From a virus (taxonomy: Duplodnaviria > Caudoviricetes): a DNA stretch of 34,993 nucleotides. The notes under the pieces are model-generated. The model saw only the letters and a list, made by a program, of their open reading frames with translations. It searched no databases and was not told where the DNA came from. Both the position numbers and the translations under genes were made by a program. The DNA lies in the IMG/VR virus record IMGVR_UViG_3300020045_007174, positions 1-34,993 of that record, one strand, 5' to 3'. This document shows, one piece after another, positions 14,547 to 23,168 of this stretch (positions within the stretch are counted from its first letter, which is position 1; every line of letters begins with the position of its first letter).

Positions 14547-15806
14547 ATGGCTAACCAATTACTTACTAACGCAGCAATTACAACCAAATGCTTAGAGGTT
14601 TTAGAAAACCAACTAACATTCTCAAGCCAAATCAGCAGACAATACGATAGTCAATTCGCAGGTTCAGGCGGCAAAATCGGCGCAACTGTCAACGTTCGCA
14701 AACCTTCACGCTATCAAGTGACAACTGGGCAAGCCCTTGTGGTTCAGCCTAGCATTGAAACCTATACGCCTGTCACACTGACTAACCAAGACCATGTTGA
14801 TTTAGGCGCAAGCTCAGTCGATTACACATTAAACATTAACGACTTTGAAGAACAATTCATTGTTCCCGCGATGGCAGCCTTGGCGAATAAAATCGACTAC
14901 AACGGCTTGCAAATGGCAATGAAAAATACCTACAATTTTGTAGGTACAGCAGGTCAATTAATCGGCACACCCACAAGCGCACAGGCTTTAATGGCTATCG
15001 CGCAATCTGGTCAAAAACTCGATGAAAACGCCTGCCCACGAGACGGCAAACGTTCTGCGATTATCTCGCCAGCAACTAACACTGGGTTGGTGACTGCTAA
15101 CGCATCTCTGTTCAACCCACAAACATCAATCAGCGACCAATATAAAAACGGACGCATGGGTTCCAACGTATTGGGCTTGGATTTTTACGGCGATCAAAAC
15201 GTACCAATGTTTACCGCTGGCACGCAAAACGGCACATTTGCAATCAGCGCGGCAGCTCAAGGTGGTGGTAATACTATCCAAGCAGATGCTACTACGCCGT
15301 TTACACTGGCGACAGCGGCAATCACTGGCACATTGACAGCAGGTACAGTTTTTACTATTGCTAACGTGTATGCGGTTAACCCACAAAGCCGTGTTTCAAC
15401 TGGCTCACTGCAAAACTTTGTTGTTAAAGCCGATACCCTAGCAGGTGCGACTTCGGTCTCAATCTCGCCTTATCCGATTTTCAGCGGTGCGTTCCAAAAC
15501 GTAACCAGCACCACTAATACTATCGCGGCATCGGCAACTTGTACAATTTTGTCAGGCTTAAACAGCGCACAGTACCCGCAAAATATTATCATGCACAAAT
15601 CGGCGTTTACTTTAGCGTGTGCGGATTTAAAACGCCCTACTGGCAACGGTGGATCTGAGATTGCGAACAGCAAAGCGGCTGGTCTGTCTATCCGTTTAAT
15701 CAAGGATTGGTATGATGTCCAGAGCGACAATTTTTACACCCGTATTGATGTTCTGTATGGCTTTGCCGCGTTGTACCCTGAATTATCAGTCAGGTTAACC
15801 GGATAA
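14547..15806 (+). CDS. Major capsid (P22 coat-like) protein
   Basis: KIGATVNVRKP, FIVPAMAALANKID, GTVFTIANVYAVNP (I-domain), GLSIR...RIDVLYG. Confidence 0.95.
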   Translation: MANQLLTNAAITTKCLEVLENQLTFSSQISRQYDSQFAGSGGKIGATVNVRKPSRYQVTTGQALVVQPSIETYTPVTLTNQDHVDLGASSVDYTLNINDFEEQFIVPAMAALANKIDYNGLQMAMKNTYNFVGTAGQLIGTPTSAQALMAIAQSGQKLDENACPRDGKRSAIISPATNTGLVTANASLFNPQTSISDQYKNGRMGSNVLGLDFYGDQNVPMFTAGTQNGTFAISAAAQGGGNTIQADATTPFTLATAAITGTLTAGTVFTIANVYAVNPQSRVSTGSLQNFVVKADTLAGATSVSISPYPIFSGAFQNVTSTTNTIAASATCTILSGLNSAQYPQNIIMHKSAFTLACADLKRPTGNGGSEIANSKAAGLSIRLIKDWYDVQSDNFYTRIDVLYGFAALYPELSVRLTG

Positions 15807-15825
15807 CGCTATAAATCAATAGCTT

Positions 15826-15852
15826 AGCCACTCAGTTAATCGAGTGGCTTTT
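15826..15852 (+). terminator. Terminator after the coat gene
   Basis: AGCCACTC/GAGTGGCT plus Ts. Confidence 0.75.
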
Positions 15853-15875
15853 ACCAATTTTAAGAGGATTTCCCC

Positions 15876-16238
15876 GTGGCTTCAACACCAAATATCGTAA
15901 CAGCATCACTTCCAAGTTTTGAACATTTAACAATTGTCTCTCTAGCACTGTCACCCGCCGCGTGCGGTGCAGCAACAGCAACCGAGCAGACTTTTACAGT
16001 AACAGGCTTATCAATGGGTGATGCTTTGCAAGCCCGTGATGTGATTTTAAACGTATATAAACCAACCGCACAGACTGGCTTAGCCATTGGCTCGTGTCGC
16101 GTTAGTGCGGCTAATACCATTTCAATTCAATTCATCAATCCAACCGCTGGCAGTATCACACCCACAGCGGCAGAGATTTATACAATTACTGTGTGGAGAC
16201 CTTGCCAGTTGGCACAGAGTGACGCAACCGTAGTTTAA
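15876..16238 (+). CDS. Probable head decoration protein
   Basis: GAGGA RBS and GTG start; beta-rich (EQTFTVTGL..GD, RVSAANTI.I.F.N); follows the coat gene. Confidence 0.6.
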   Translation: MASTPNIVTASLPSFEHLTIVSLALSPAACGAATATEQTFTVTGLSMGDALQARDVILNVYKPTAQTGLAIGSCRVSAANTISIQFINPTAGSITPTAAEIYTITVWRPCQLAQSDATVV

Positions 16239-16249
16239 GCTAGACAATC

Positions 16250-16278
16250 GCCCTCACCGTGCAAAGTGAGGGCTTTTT
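16250..16278 (+). terminator. Terminator
   Basis: GCCCTCAC/GTGAGGGC plus T5. Confidence 0.8.
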
Positions 16279-16298
16279 AACATCAAAAAGGGCTAGTC

Positions 16299-17027
16299 AT
16301 GGCAACAAATACAGTACGCGATTTAATCCAAGACAGCCTAACTCAGCTCATGGTTTACTCGCCCGATGTGATTTTGACGGCGGAAGAATCCAATACCGCA
16401 TTACGCACACTAAACAGTTTAATCGAGTCGTTAGCTAACGAGTCATTTACGATTAACACGGTCACGAAAGAAAGCTTTAATTTAGTCGGCGGTCAAGCGA
16501 CTTACACATTTGGCACCGGCGGGAACTTTAACAGCACGCGCCCCATTAGCATTGAAGCAGTCACAACCGCGATCACTGGCACGGCTGGCAATATCGATTT
16601 CCCTGTTGTTTTAGTAAATTACGATGACTACGCGGCAATCAGTCTAAAAACGCTTCAAACTAATTACCCTCAATACTGCTACGCAGACGGCAATTACCCG
16701 CTAAACAACCTAACTTTTTACCCTATTCCAAGTAGCGCGATACCTGTCACGATCTACAGCTATAAGCAGATTAGTGAGTTTGCAAATGTGACAGAAACCG
16801 TAAGTTTCCCACAAGGCTATTACCGTATGCTTGTGGCTTTGTTGGCGATTGAGCTTGCGCCTAGCTATCAGGTCCAAGCAAGCCAAAACATTATCGATAT
16901 TGCACATCAAGCTAAACGTAACATTATGCGCACTAATGCTAAGTCGTTGACCATGCAAACAGATCCAGTTTTAATGGGTTGTGGCGGTTCTTATAATATT
17001 TGGAGCGATTCTTGGAAGGGTAGATAA
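16299..17027 (+). CDS. Head-to-tail adaptor (P22 gp4-like)
   Basis: TVRDLIQDSL...ALRTLN.LI...FPQGY...LAIELAP.Y; synteny. Confidence 0.8.
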   Translation: MATNTVRDLIQDSLTQLMVYSPDVILTAEESNTALRTLNSLIESLANESFTINTVTKESFNLVGGQATYTFGTGGNFNSTRPISIEAVTTAITGTAGNIDFPVVLVNYDDYAAISLKTLQTNYPQYCYADGNYPLNNLTFYPIPSSAIPVTIYSYKQISEFANVTETVSFPQGYYRMLVALLAIELAPSYQVQASQNIIDIAHQAKRNIMRTNAKSLTMQTDPVLMGCGGSYNIWSDSWKGR

Positions 17028-18475
17028 TGTCTTTTGACCTGCGAATATTCGGCAATAACGTAAAATCTAAATCCAGCACTATCACAGCCGAGGACAGAAC
17101 CAACGTGTATTTTGATATTCCTACCGAACCAGACCGCGCACCTGTTGCGGCTTATGGAACGCCGGGGACAGAAGCGTTTTGTTATCCATCGGGCGCGGTA
17201 ACTCGCGGTATGTACTATATGCCAAGCACGGGCGGCGCGCTGGTATTGCAAGGACGCAAATTATTTTTGATTACTATCAGCACACCCACACTTGTTGCCA
17301 CGTTACCCAATAGCAATGACACGGACGGTAGCGCACACTTTACCGACAATGGCACGCAGCTTTTAATAGTCACAAGTGGCTTTGGCTACATAGTCGATAC
17401 TACTAACGCGTATAAAATTTACGACATAAGCGCAAAATTACCGGAGGGCGGCAGTGATTCGTGTACTTTTTTGGACGGGTATTTCATTGTTAACCGCCGC
17501 AATACTCAGCAGTTTTATATTAGCTCTCCTTATAACGGATTAGTATGGAACGCCTTAGACTTTGCCAGTGCAGAGTCTAGCCCTGACAATTTGGTAGCGG
17601 TATCGGCTAACAACGGGTATTTGCATTTATTAGGCGAACTCAGTACTGAAATTTGGGTGAACAACGGCGGGGCACTTTTTCCATTCGATAGGATTCAAGG
17701 CGCGACCATTACTTACGGCTTGGTTAGTATCGACAGCTTAGCGGTTATCAATACCTCACTTATCGGCTTAGTGCGTGACCGATATGGAATGTTAGCCATT
17801 GGTACTATCGCAGGTGGGCAGTTTGCCGCCATTAGTACGCCTGATATTACCTACATAATCAATAAATACAGCGCAATCACAACAGCGGTGGGTTTTGTTT
17901 ATGGATTAAACGGGCGGTATTTTTACCAGATTACGTTCAACGGTAACGCCTCATGGCTTTATGACTTTAAAGCACAAGCTTGGAGCAGAATAGCGTCATG
18001 GGATCAGGATTTTAGCAAGTATCAATTTGGGTTAGCATTTGGGACAAAGTTTATCGTGTCATCGGCTACCACAGGGCAACTGGCATCGATAAGTGCCGAT
18101 GTGTACACCGAGGAAGGGCAGCCGATTGTTAGAGAGATTACCTTTAACCAAATCTTTGCACCCACACAGAATTTTAGTTTGATTAGTCGGATTAGAGCAT
18201 GGATGGAAACAGGGCAGGGCTTAGTAGGCACTAATTTACTGACTACGCCCCAAGGGATTAATCCAACTGTGTATCTGCAACTAAGTCGCGATAGCGGTCA
18301 CACATGGGGCGAAAGACTACCTACAGAAATAGGGCGGCGTGGCGAGTTTACCAGTCGTGCAGAATGGCGTAGGCTTGGACAGGCTCGGTCATGGTGTATT
18401 CGCTTGCGCATGACTGATCCTGTAAAGTTCGTTTTAACGGATATTAGTTTGGCGATAGGCGAGGCGAATCAGTAA
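17027..18475 (+). CDS. Tail hub/DNA stabilisation protein (P22 gp10-like)
   Basis: TPG, DGYFI, AESSPD, STEIW, SRDSGHTW and WRRLG motifs. Confidence 0.92.
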   Translation: MSFDLRIFGNNVKSKSSTITAEDRTNVYFDIPTEPDRAPVAAYGTPGTEAFCYPSGAVTRGMYYMPSTGGALVLQGRKLFLITISTPTLVATLPNSNDTDGSAHFTDNGTQLLIVTSGFGYIVDTTNAYKIYDISAKLPEGGSDSCTFLDGYFIVNRRNTQQFYISSPYNGLVWNALDFASAESSPDNLVAVSANNGYLHLLGELSTEIWVNNGGALFPFDRIQGATITYGLVSIDSLAVINTSLIGLVRDRYGMLAIGTIAGGQFAAISTPDITYIINKYSAITTAVGFVYGLNGRYFYQITFNGNASWLYDFKAQAWSRIASWDQDFSKYQFGLAFGTKFIVSSATTGQLASISADVYTEEGQPIVREITFNQIFAPTQNFSLISRIRAWMETGQGLVGTNLLTTPQGINPTVYLQLSRDSGHTWGERLPTEIGRRGEFTSRAEWRRLGQARSWCIRLRMTDPVKFVLTDISLAIGEANQ

Positions 18476-19032
18476 TGACCGTAAAAGTTCCATTACCACC
18501 ACTAAGCAACCCAATCACCGATAAGCCGGTGAGCTTAATATGGAGAGCGTACTTTAGTGGTCTAAAAAACTACATCGACACGCTAGACACAGCCGTGCGG
18601 GTACGCTTGCACAATGCGCTCGACCAGCTTCAAGGCGGAAGCACAACAGAACGCTATCACCTAACACAAGCAGAACATGACAACACGGCGCAACTGCCAG
18701 CATTTAACGGCGATGCAACCCAGTTTTTGAACGGTGAGGCAATATTTGCAACACCAGACCACAGTTTATTATTGAGCTTGCAAGGCGGTACAGACGGCGA
18801 GCATTATCATTTAACGGCGGCTCAATATGCCAATCTTGCACCGATAGGCTATGATGGCAATGCTAGTCATTTTTTGAACGGACAAGGCACGTTTAGCGCA
18901 CCTAATCACAACGATACGATAAACATTCAAGGCGGTACGGTGGGCGATTATCAGCATTTGACCACAGCACAAAAAAACAGTATTGCTAATATCAACTCCA
19001 TTATTTTTGGATATATGAGCTTAGGACTATGA
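18475..19032 (+). CDS. Tail needle/fibre-like protein with three His-containing repeats
   Basis: Occupies the gp26 position; H-x5-(L/I)QGG-x4,5-Y-x0,1-HLT occurs three times. Confidence 0.65.
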   Translation: MTVKVPLPPLSNPITDKPVSLIWRAYFSGLKNYIDTLDTAVRVRLHNALDQLQGGSTTERYHLTQAEHDNTAQLPAFNGDATQFLNGEAIFATPDHSLLLSLQGGTDGEHYHLTAAQYANLAPIGYDGNASHFLNGQGTFSAPNHNDTINIQGGTVGDYQHLTTAQKNSIANINSIIFGYMSLGL

Positions 19033-20354
19033 TAGCTACCACCACGATTAGCTTACGCGTAAAACTACTAGCAGCGATAGCGACAGCACAAAGTCCGATA
19101 ACTGGGCATTATGTTGGCATGACCACGGCTGGTATTGTTTCTACTGTGCAAGCTATCCACATTAATACCAACAGCACGACAGCGGTTACGATTGTCCCCA
19201 ATGCCACGACTGGTAATGTTAATATCCTTAAAAACTTGCAGGTGTCGAACGCCGATAGCGCAACAATATCGGTCGTCGTTGAGCAATGGGACGGCGTGAC
19301 CGCCAAAGTAATGGCGACAGTACCGCTGGTTATTAATCAATATCTAACGATTGATAGTGATGGCAAGATTACCGTTAGCACCACAGGCGGACTTGCTGGC
19401 ACTGGCACGGTGACGCAAGTACAGGGCAATGGAACTGTAAATGGTCTAACACTGTCGGGAAATGTCACAACCAGCGGTAATTTGACACTTGGCGGAAATT
19501 TAACAGGCACAGCTCCCGACTTAACAGCGGGTAATGTCACAAGCTTGACGGGCTCAACGGGAACACCGAGCGCGGTAAACCTAACCAATGGTATCTCCTT
19601 GCCATTAACTAGCCCAACATACAACGGCTCTTATGATATTAGCGGCTGGTTTTCGTTAGGGGCTTGCACTTACGAGACCGCAGATAGCCCGACTTTTCAG
19701 TTTTCAATCGCCGCTGATGTAACTGGATTTATTGGTCTCGGTTATCGCATAAAGCTAACTCAGACCACGGTTAAATATTTTGTGGTCACAGGTGTGGGTG
19801 CATATAGCGGTGGTAAAACGATTATTACTGTTCATGGTGGAACAGACTACACGCTTGCTAATGCGGTGATCACACTGCCATATTTTAGCAATCACAAAGC
19901 CCCGTTTGGCTTTTCGCTGGATAACAATAAATGGGATGTGGTAATTACATACGCCACAACAGTTTCGCAAGCAACGCCGACACAAAACGTTTATTACAAT
20001 CTAGGCACAACAAACAGCCAGATAACCGTACCGATTGGACTATGGGATTTATCTTTTGATGTGATTGCGCAATCAGTATCAAATGCAGCACAAACTCAAA
20101 ATAACATTTTTATGGCGTTATCAACAAGCAATAGCTCAGCTTCTAATGCAAATTTACGTGGGTACTTAAGACAAGACTGTGCTTCTGGTTCTTTAGTTGT
20201 AGCTGGAAAAGTATCTGCTAAAGACCCGGTTATTTTAACATCAAAAACACTATACTATTTAATAGCAGGAACAACATTAACGACATGTGCAGCTATTTAT
20301 TTTGCTAATGCAAACACGCCAATGGTATTAAGAGCAAGGTTTTTATATTTATGA
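19029..20354 (+). CDS. Tail fibre/receptor-binding protein
   Basis: T/G-rich; GTGTVTQV...LSGNVTTSGNLTLGG fibre motif; beta-rich C-terminus. Confidence 0.7.
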   Translation: MIATTTISLRVKLLAAIATAQSPITGHYVGMTTAGIVSTVQAIHINTNSTTAVTIVPNATTGNVNILKNLQVSNADSATISVVVEQWDGVTAKVMATVPLVINQYLTIDSDGKITVSTTGGLAGTGTVTQVQGNGTVNGLTLSGNVTTSGNLTLGGNLTGTAPDLTAGNVTSLTGSTGTPSAVNLTNGISLPLTSPTYNGSYDISGWFSLGACTYETADSPTFQFSIAADVTGFIGLGYRIKLTQTTVKYFVVTGVGAYSGGKTIITVHGGTDYTLANAVITLPYFSNHKAPFGFSLDNNKWDVVITYATTVSQATPTQNVYYNLGTTNSQITVPIGLWDLSFDVIAQSVSNAAQTQNNIFMALSTSNSSASNANLRGYLRQDCASGSLVVAGKVSAKDPVILTSKTLYYLIAGTTLTTCAAIYFANANTPMVLRARFLYL

Positions 20355-20767
20355 GCACACAAATAACTAAGAACCATCTTTACGATCTAGGCATGGCAGC
20401 AATGCACCAAGAGCCAATCGCCTTGGAATTATCCCATTTATTTGCCGATGGCTTGTATGGGCGGATTATCACTATGCCGTCTAATACATTAGTAATGACC
20501 GCAGTTCACAAGCATGAAAACATCACAACCGTAGTGACCGGCGTATGCGAGATTGTCAAACCAGACGGTGAGCGCGAAACGATTATTGCACCTGCTTTTT
20601 TTGTCACGCCAGCTCATACTCAAAGAGCGGTTTATGTGATTGAAGAATCAACATGGATAACAGTACACGCTTGCAACGAAAAGACGATTGAAGGCGCAGA
20701 AGCGCATATCGCTGAAATGCCAGATTTTTATAATGATTTTGTAGCACAACAGGAGCTATTAACATGA
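20351..20767 (+). CDS. Cupin-fold-like virion-module protein
   Basis: HLFADGLYGR...HKHE...APAFF...WITVH. Confidence 0.65.
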   Translation: MSTQITKNHLYDLGMAAMHQEPIALELSHLFADGLYGRIITMPSNTLVMTAVHKHENITTVVTGVCEIVKPDGERETIIAPAFFVTPAHTQRAVYVIEESTWITVHACNEKTIEGAEAHIAEMPDFYNDFVAQQELLT

Positions 20768-21927
20768 CAGTAGCAATAACAGCAGTTGGGGTTACAGTGG
20801 CAAGTACAGCGGCAACTGTCGGAAGCCAGATGTATGCAGCCAACAAGCAAAGCAAAGCAGCAGGTAAAGCCCAAGACTCGCAAGACAAAAACCTAGCGCA
20901 ACAGCAGCAATACGCCAAAGAAGCGCGGGACGCTAATATTCCTTTATTGGATAATGCAGCACGCCAAGCAATGGGTTATGTCTCGCCTTATGCGCAAAGC
21001 GGTGAATTGGCTAACACGGCGTTACAGCAAGGCATGGGGTTAATTCCCGATGCTAACGGCAATCTGAGTAACCCACTGACTGAAAACTTTAACGCGCAAG
21101 ATTATCAAAACAGCGTAGGTTACACGCCTTTAACGCCCAATCAGCTAAGCCGTGAGCAGTACAGCCAAATGACAGGCGTACCAGCTTTGGTCGATAATAA
21201 TATCGGCATGGACGAGTATAAAAAAGATGTTGGATATAGTCCGATGGCGAATACGCTAGAGGAGCTACAGGCAACACCCGGTTATAAATTTCAGCTTGAA
21301 CAAGGCTTACAAGGGATTGACCGCACAGCGGCAGCGCGTGGCGGCATGTTGTCGGGCAGAACGATTAAAGAGGCGAATAATTACGCACAAGGGCAAGCTG
21401 CACAAGGTTTTCAGTCAAATTGGGATAGGTCTCAGCAAGCTTACCAAAATTTTGTAAACCGAAAAAATACCCAATTTACCCAAGGACAGCAAGGATTAGC
21501 GGCTGAACGCGCCTACACAGGTGACGTGTACAACCAAGGTCAAACGGCTTTAGGTAACGAATATAATCGATTTACCAATAATCAAAACAACGCTTACAGT
21601 AAACTAGCGGGTGTCGCTGGCACGGGCGCAAATGCAGCGCAAAATATGGGTAATATCGCACAGCAAAACGCTCAAAACATTGCCCAACAGAATACCCAAT
21701 ATGCACAAAGTGGCAGCGGATCAAGCCAAAACTATGCCGATAACACCGGCAATATTGCGTATGGTCAAGGTCAAAATCAGGCGAATATGGCAATCGGTAT
21801 CGGCAATCAAATCGGCAGTAGTTTAACTGATTTGGCGGGTAAATATGCAGCCAGTGGAACTACTGGTCTAAACGGCGATATTGGCGCAAGCTATGGCGGC
21901 GGGACTCCAGCAAAGAGGATTAGATAA
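20764..21927 (+). CDS. DNA ejection/pilot protein (gp7-like)
   Basis: Hydrophobic N-terminus; Q/N/A/G-rich; PGYKFQLEQG...AAARGGMLSG core. Confidence 0.8.
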   Translation: MTVAITAVGVTVASTAATVGSQMYAANKQSKAAGKAQDSQDKNLAQQQQYAKEARDANIPLLDNAARQAMGYVSPYAQSGELANTALQQGMGLIPDANGNLSNPLTENFNAQDYQNSVGYTPLTPNQLSREQYSQMTGVPALVDNNIGMDEYKKDVGYSPMANTLEELQATPGYKFQLEQGLQGIDRTAAARGGMLSGRTIKEANNYAQGQAAQGFQSNWDRSQQAYQNFVNRKNTQFTQGQQGLAAERAYTGDVYNQGQTALGNEYNRFTNNQNNAYSKLAGVAGTGANAAQNMGNIAQQNAQNIAQQNTQYAQSGSGSSQNYADNTGNIAYGQGQNQANMAIGIGNQIGSSLTDLAGKYAASGTTGLNGDIGASYGGGTPAKRIR

Positions 21928-23168
21928 TGGCTTTAAATGTACCGATGCAAACAGTTCAACAGCCTATCGTGCAGTCATTGAGTGACGCGGTAGCTAAGTG
22001 GACAGACATCAATAATGCACAGCAACAAGGTCAACTCGCTAAGCAACAAGAGGCTAGATTGCAAAGCCAAAACGCACGGGAAAATAAACTTGGTGATTTG
22101 CAGTTTGGACAACACCAACGCAAGGCACACAATGAAGTGATGACTGAATTTAAAACTGTATTGCAAAAGAAAGCGCAAGCGGCTGGGATTCAGCCAAATA
22201 CGCCAGAATATCAGCAATTAGCGAACGCCACTTATGCAACCGGATTTGATAAAATCATGCAGAACACCGGCGCACCTCCTTATAAAATTGGAACTAATAT
22301 TGACCTAGGCGCGGTTGATGCTTTGATAACGCCAGCAGAAGCCCAAGCCAATGAAATGCAATTACAAACAGCTAAGCAAGATGCAATATTGAGAAATCAA
22401 ATGCAGCTAGGGCAGTTTAATAATGAGTATAAAGACCGAGCAGACCAGCGCGATTATGAGCAACAACGTCAGCTAAAAGGCTACGATTATCAACATGACG
22501 ATATTGTTAACAATGAAAAGTACCAGCGCGATTTAGAGCTTGCTAGAATTAAACAAGGTGACTCGCCAAATGGAAGAAAACCATTAACCGAATATCAGGC
22601 TGCACAGCTACAAGAAAAGCATGATAAGTTAGAAAGTGATGCAAGCGACGCTCTACAGGGTATAAAAAGCACCAAAGACGAGCTTTTAGGGCTAAAGGAT
22701 TTACAGGATAAAGTAGCTACAGGCTCTATTATCGGCAGTGATATTGCCGTGGGTGTGCGTAAAATGTTGCCAGAAAAATGGGGGCATGGTGAGGATTTAA
22801 ACGCATTGCAGAAAGGCTATGCTAATGCCAGCTTAAAAGCCATCGGCGCATTAAAAGCAGGTGGTACAACGCTTGGAGCTATGAGCGAGAAGGAAGGGCA
22901 ATGGGTGCGAGATGCGCAAGCAAGTCTCAATTCGACTGGCACAGTCAATAAAGACATTTTAGACAAAGGGATTGCACTGCTTGATGAACGAGAAAAAACT
23001 ATTAACAATACGTTGGGTTTACATCGGCAGACATTGAATCGCGTTTTGAATGGTGAGCAAACTAACTTTAATCAGCAACAAGCACCCAAAACACCACCGC
23101 CAAAACCAGACAATATAAGCCAAGAAGACTATGACGATTACGTTAAAACCTACTTTGGAGGTAAATAA
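21927..23168 (+). CDS. DNA ejection protein (gp20-like position)
   Basis: Q-rich helical protein; LKAGGTTLGAMSEKEG motif; synteny. Confidence 0.7.
   Translation: MALNVPMQTVQQPIVQSLSDAVAKWTDINNAQQQGQLAKQQEARLQSQNARENKLGDLQFGQHQRKAHNEVMTEFKTVLQKKAQAAGIQPNTPEYQQLANATYATGFDKIMQNTGAPPYKIGTNIDLGAVDALITPAEAQANEMQLQTAKQDAILRNQMQLGQFNNEYKDRADQRDYEQQRQLKGYDYQHDDIVNNEKYQRDLELARIKQGDSPNGRKPLTEYQAAQLQEKHDKLESDASDALQGIKSTKDELLGLKDLQDKVATGSIIGSDIAVGVRKMLPEKWGHGEDLNALQKGYANASLKAIGALKAGGTTLGAMSEKEGQWVRDAQASLNSTGTVNKDILDKGIALLDEREKTINNTLGLHRQTLNRVLNGEQTNFNQQQAPKTPPPKPDNISQEDYDDYVKTYFGGK

Noticed and set aside
15814-15826. IHF consensus AATCAATAGCTTA after the coat gene
   Set aside because: A single degenerate match is expected by chance in AT-rich DNA, and no att or cos context is seen.
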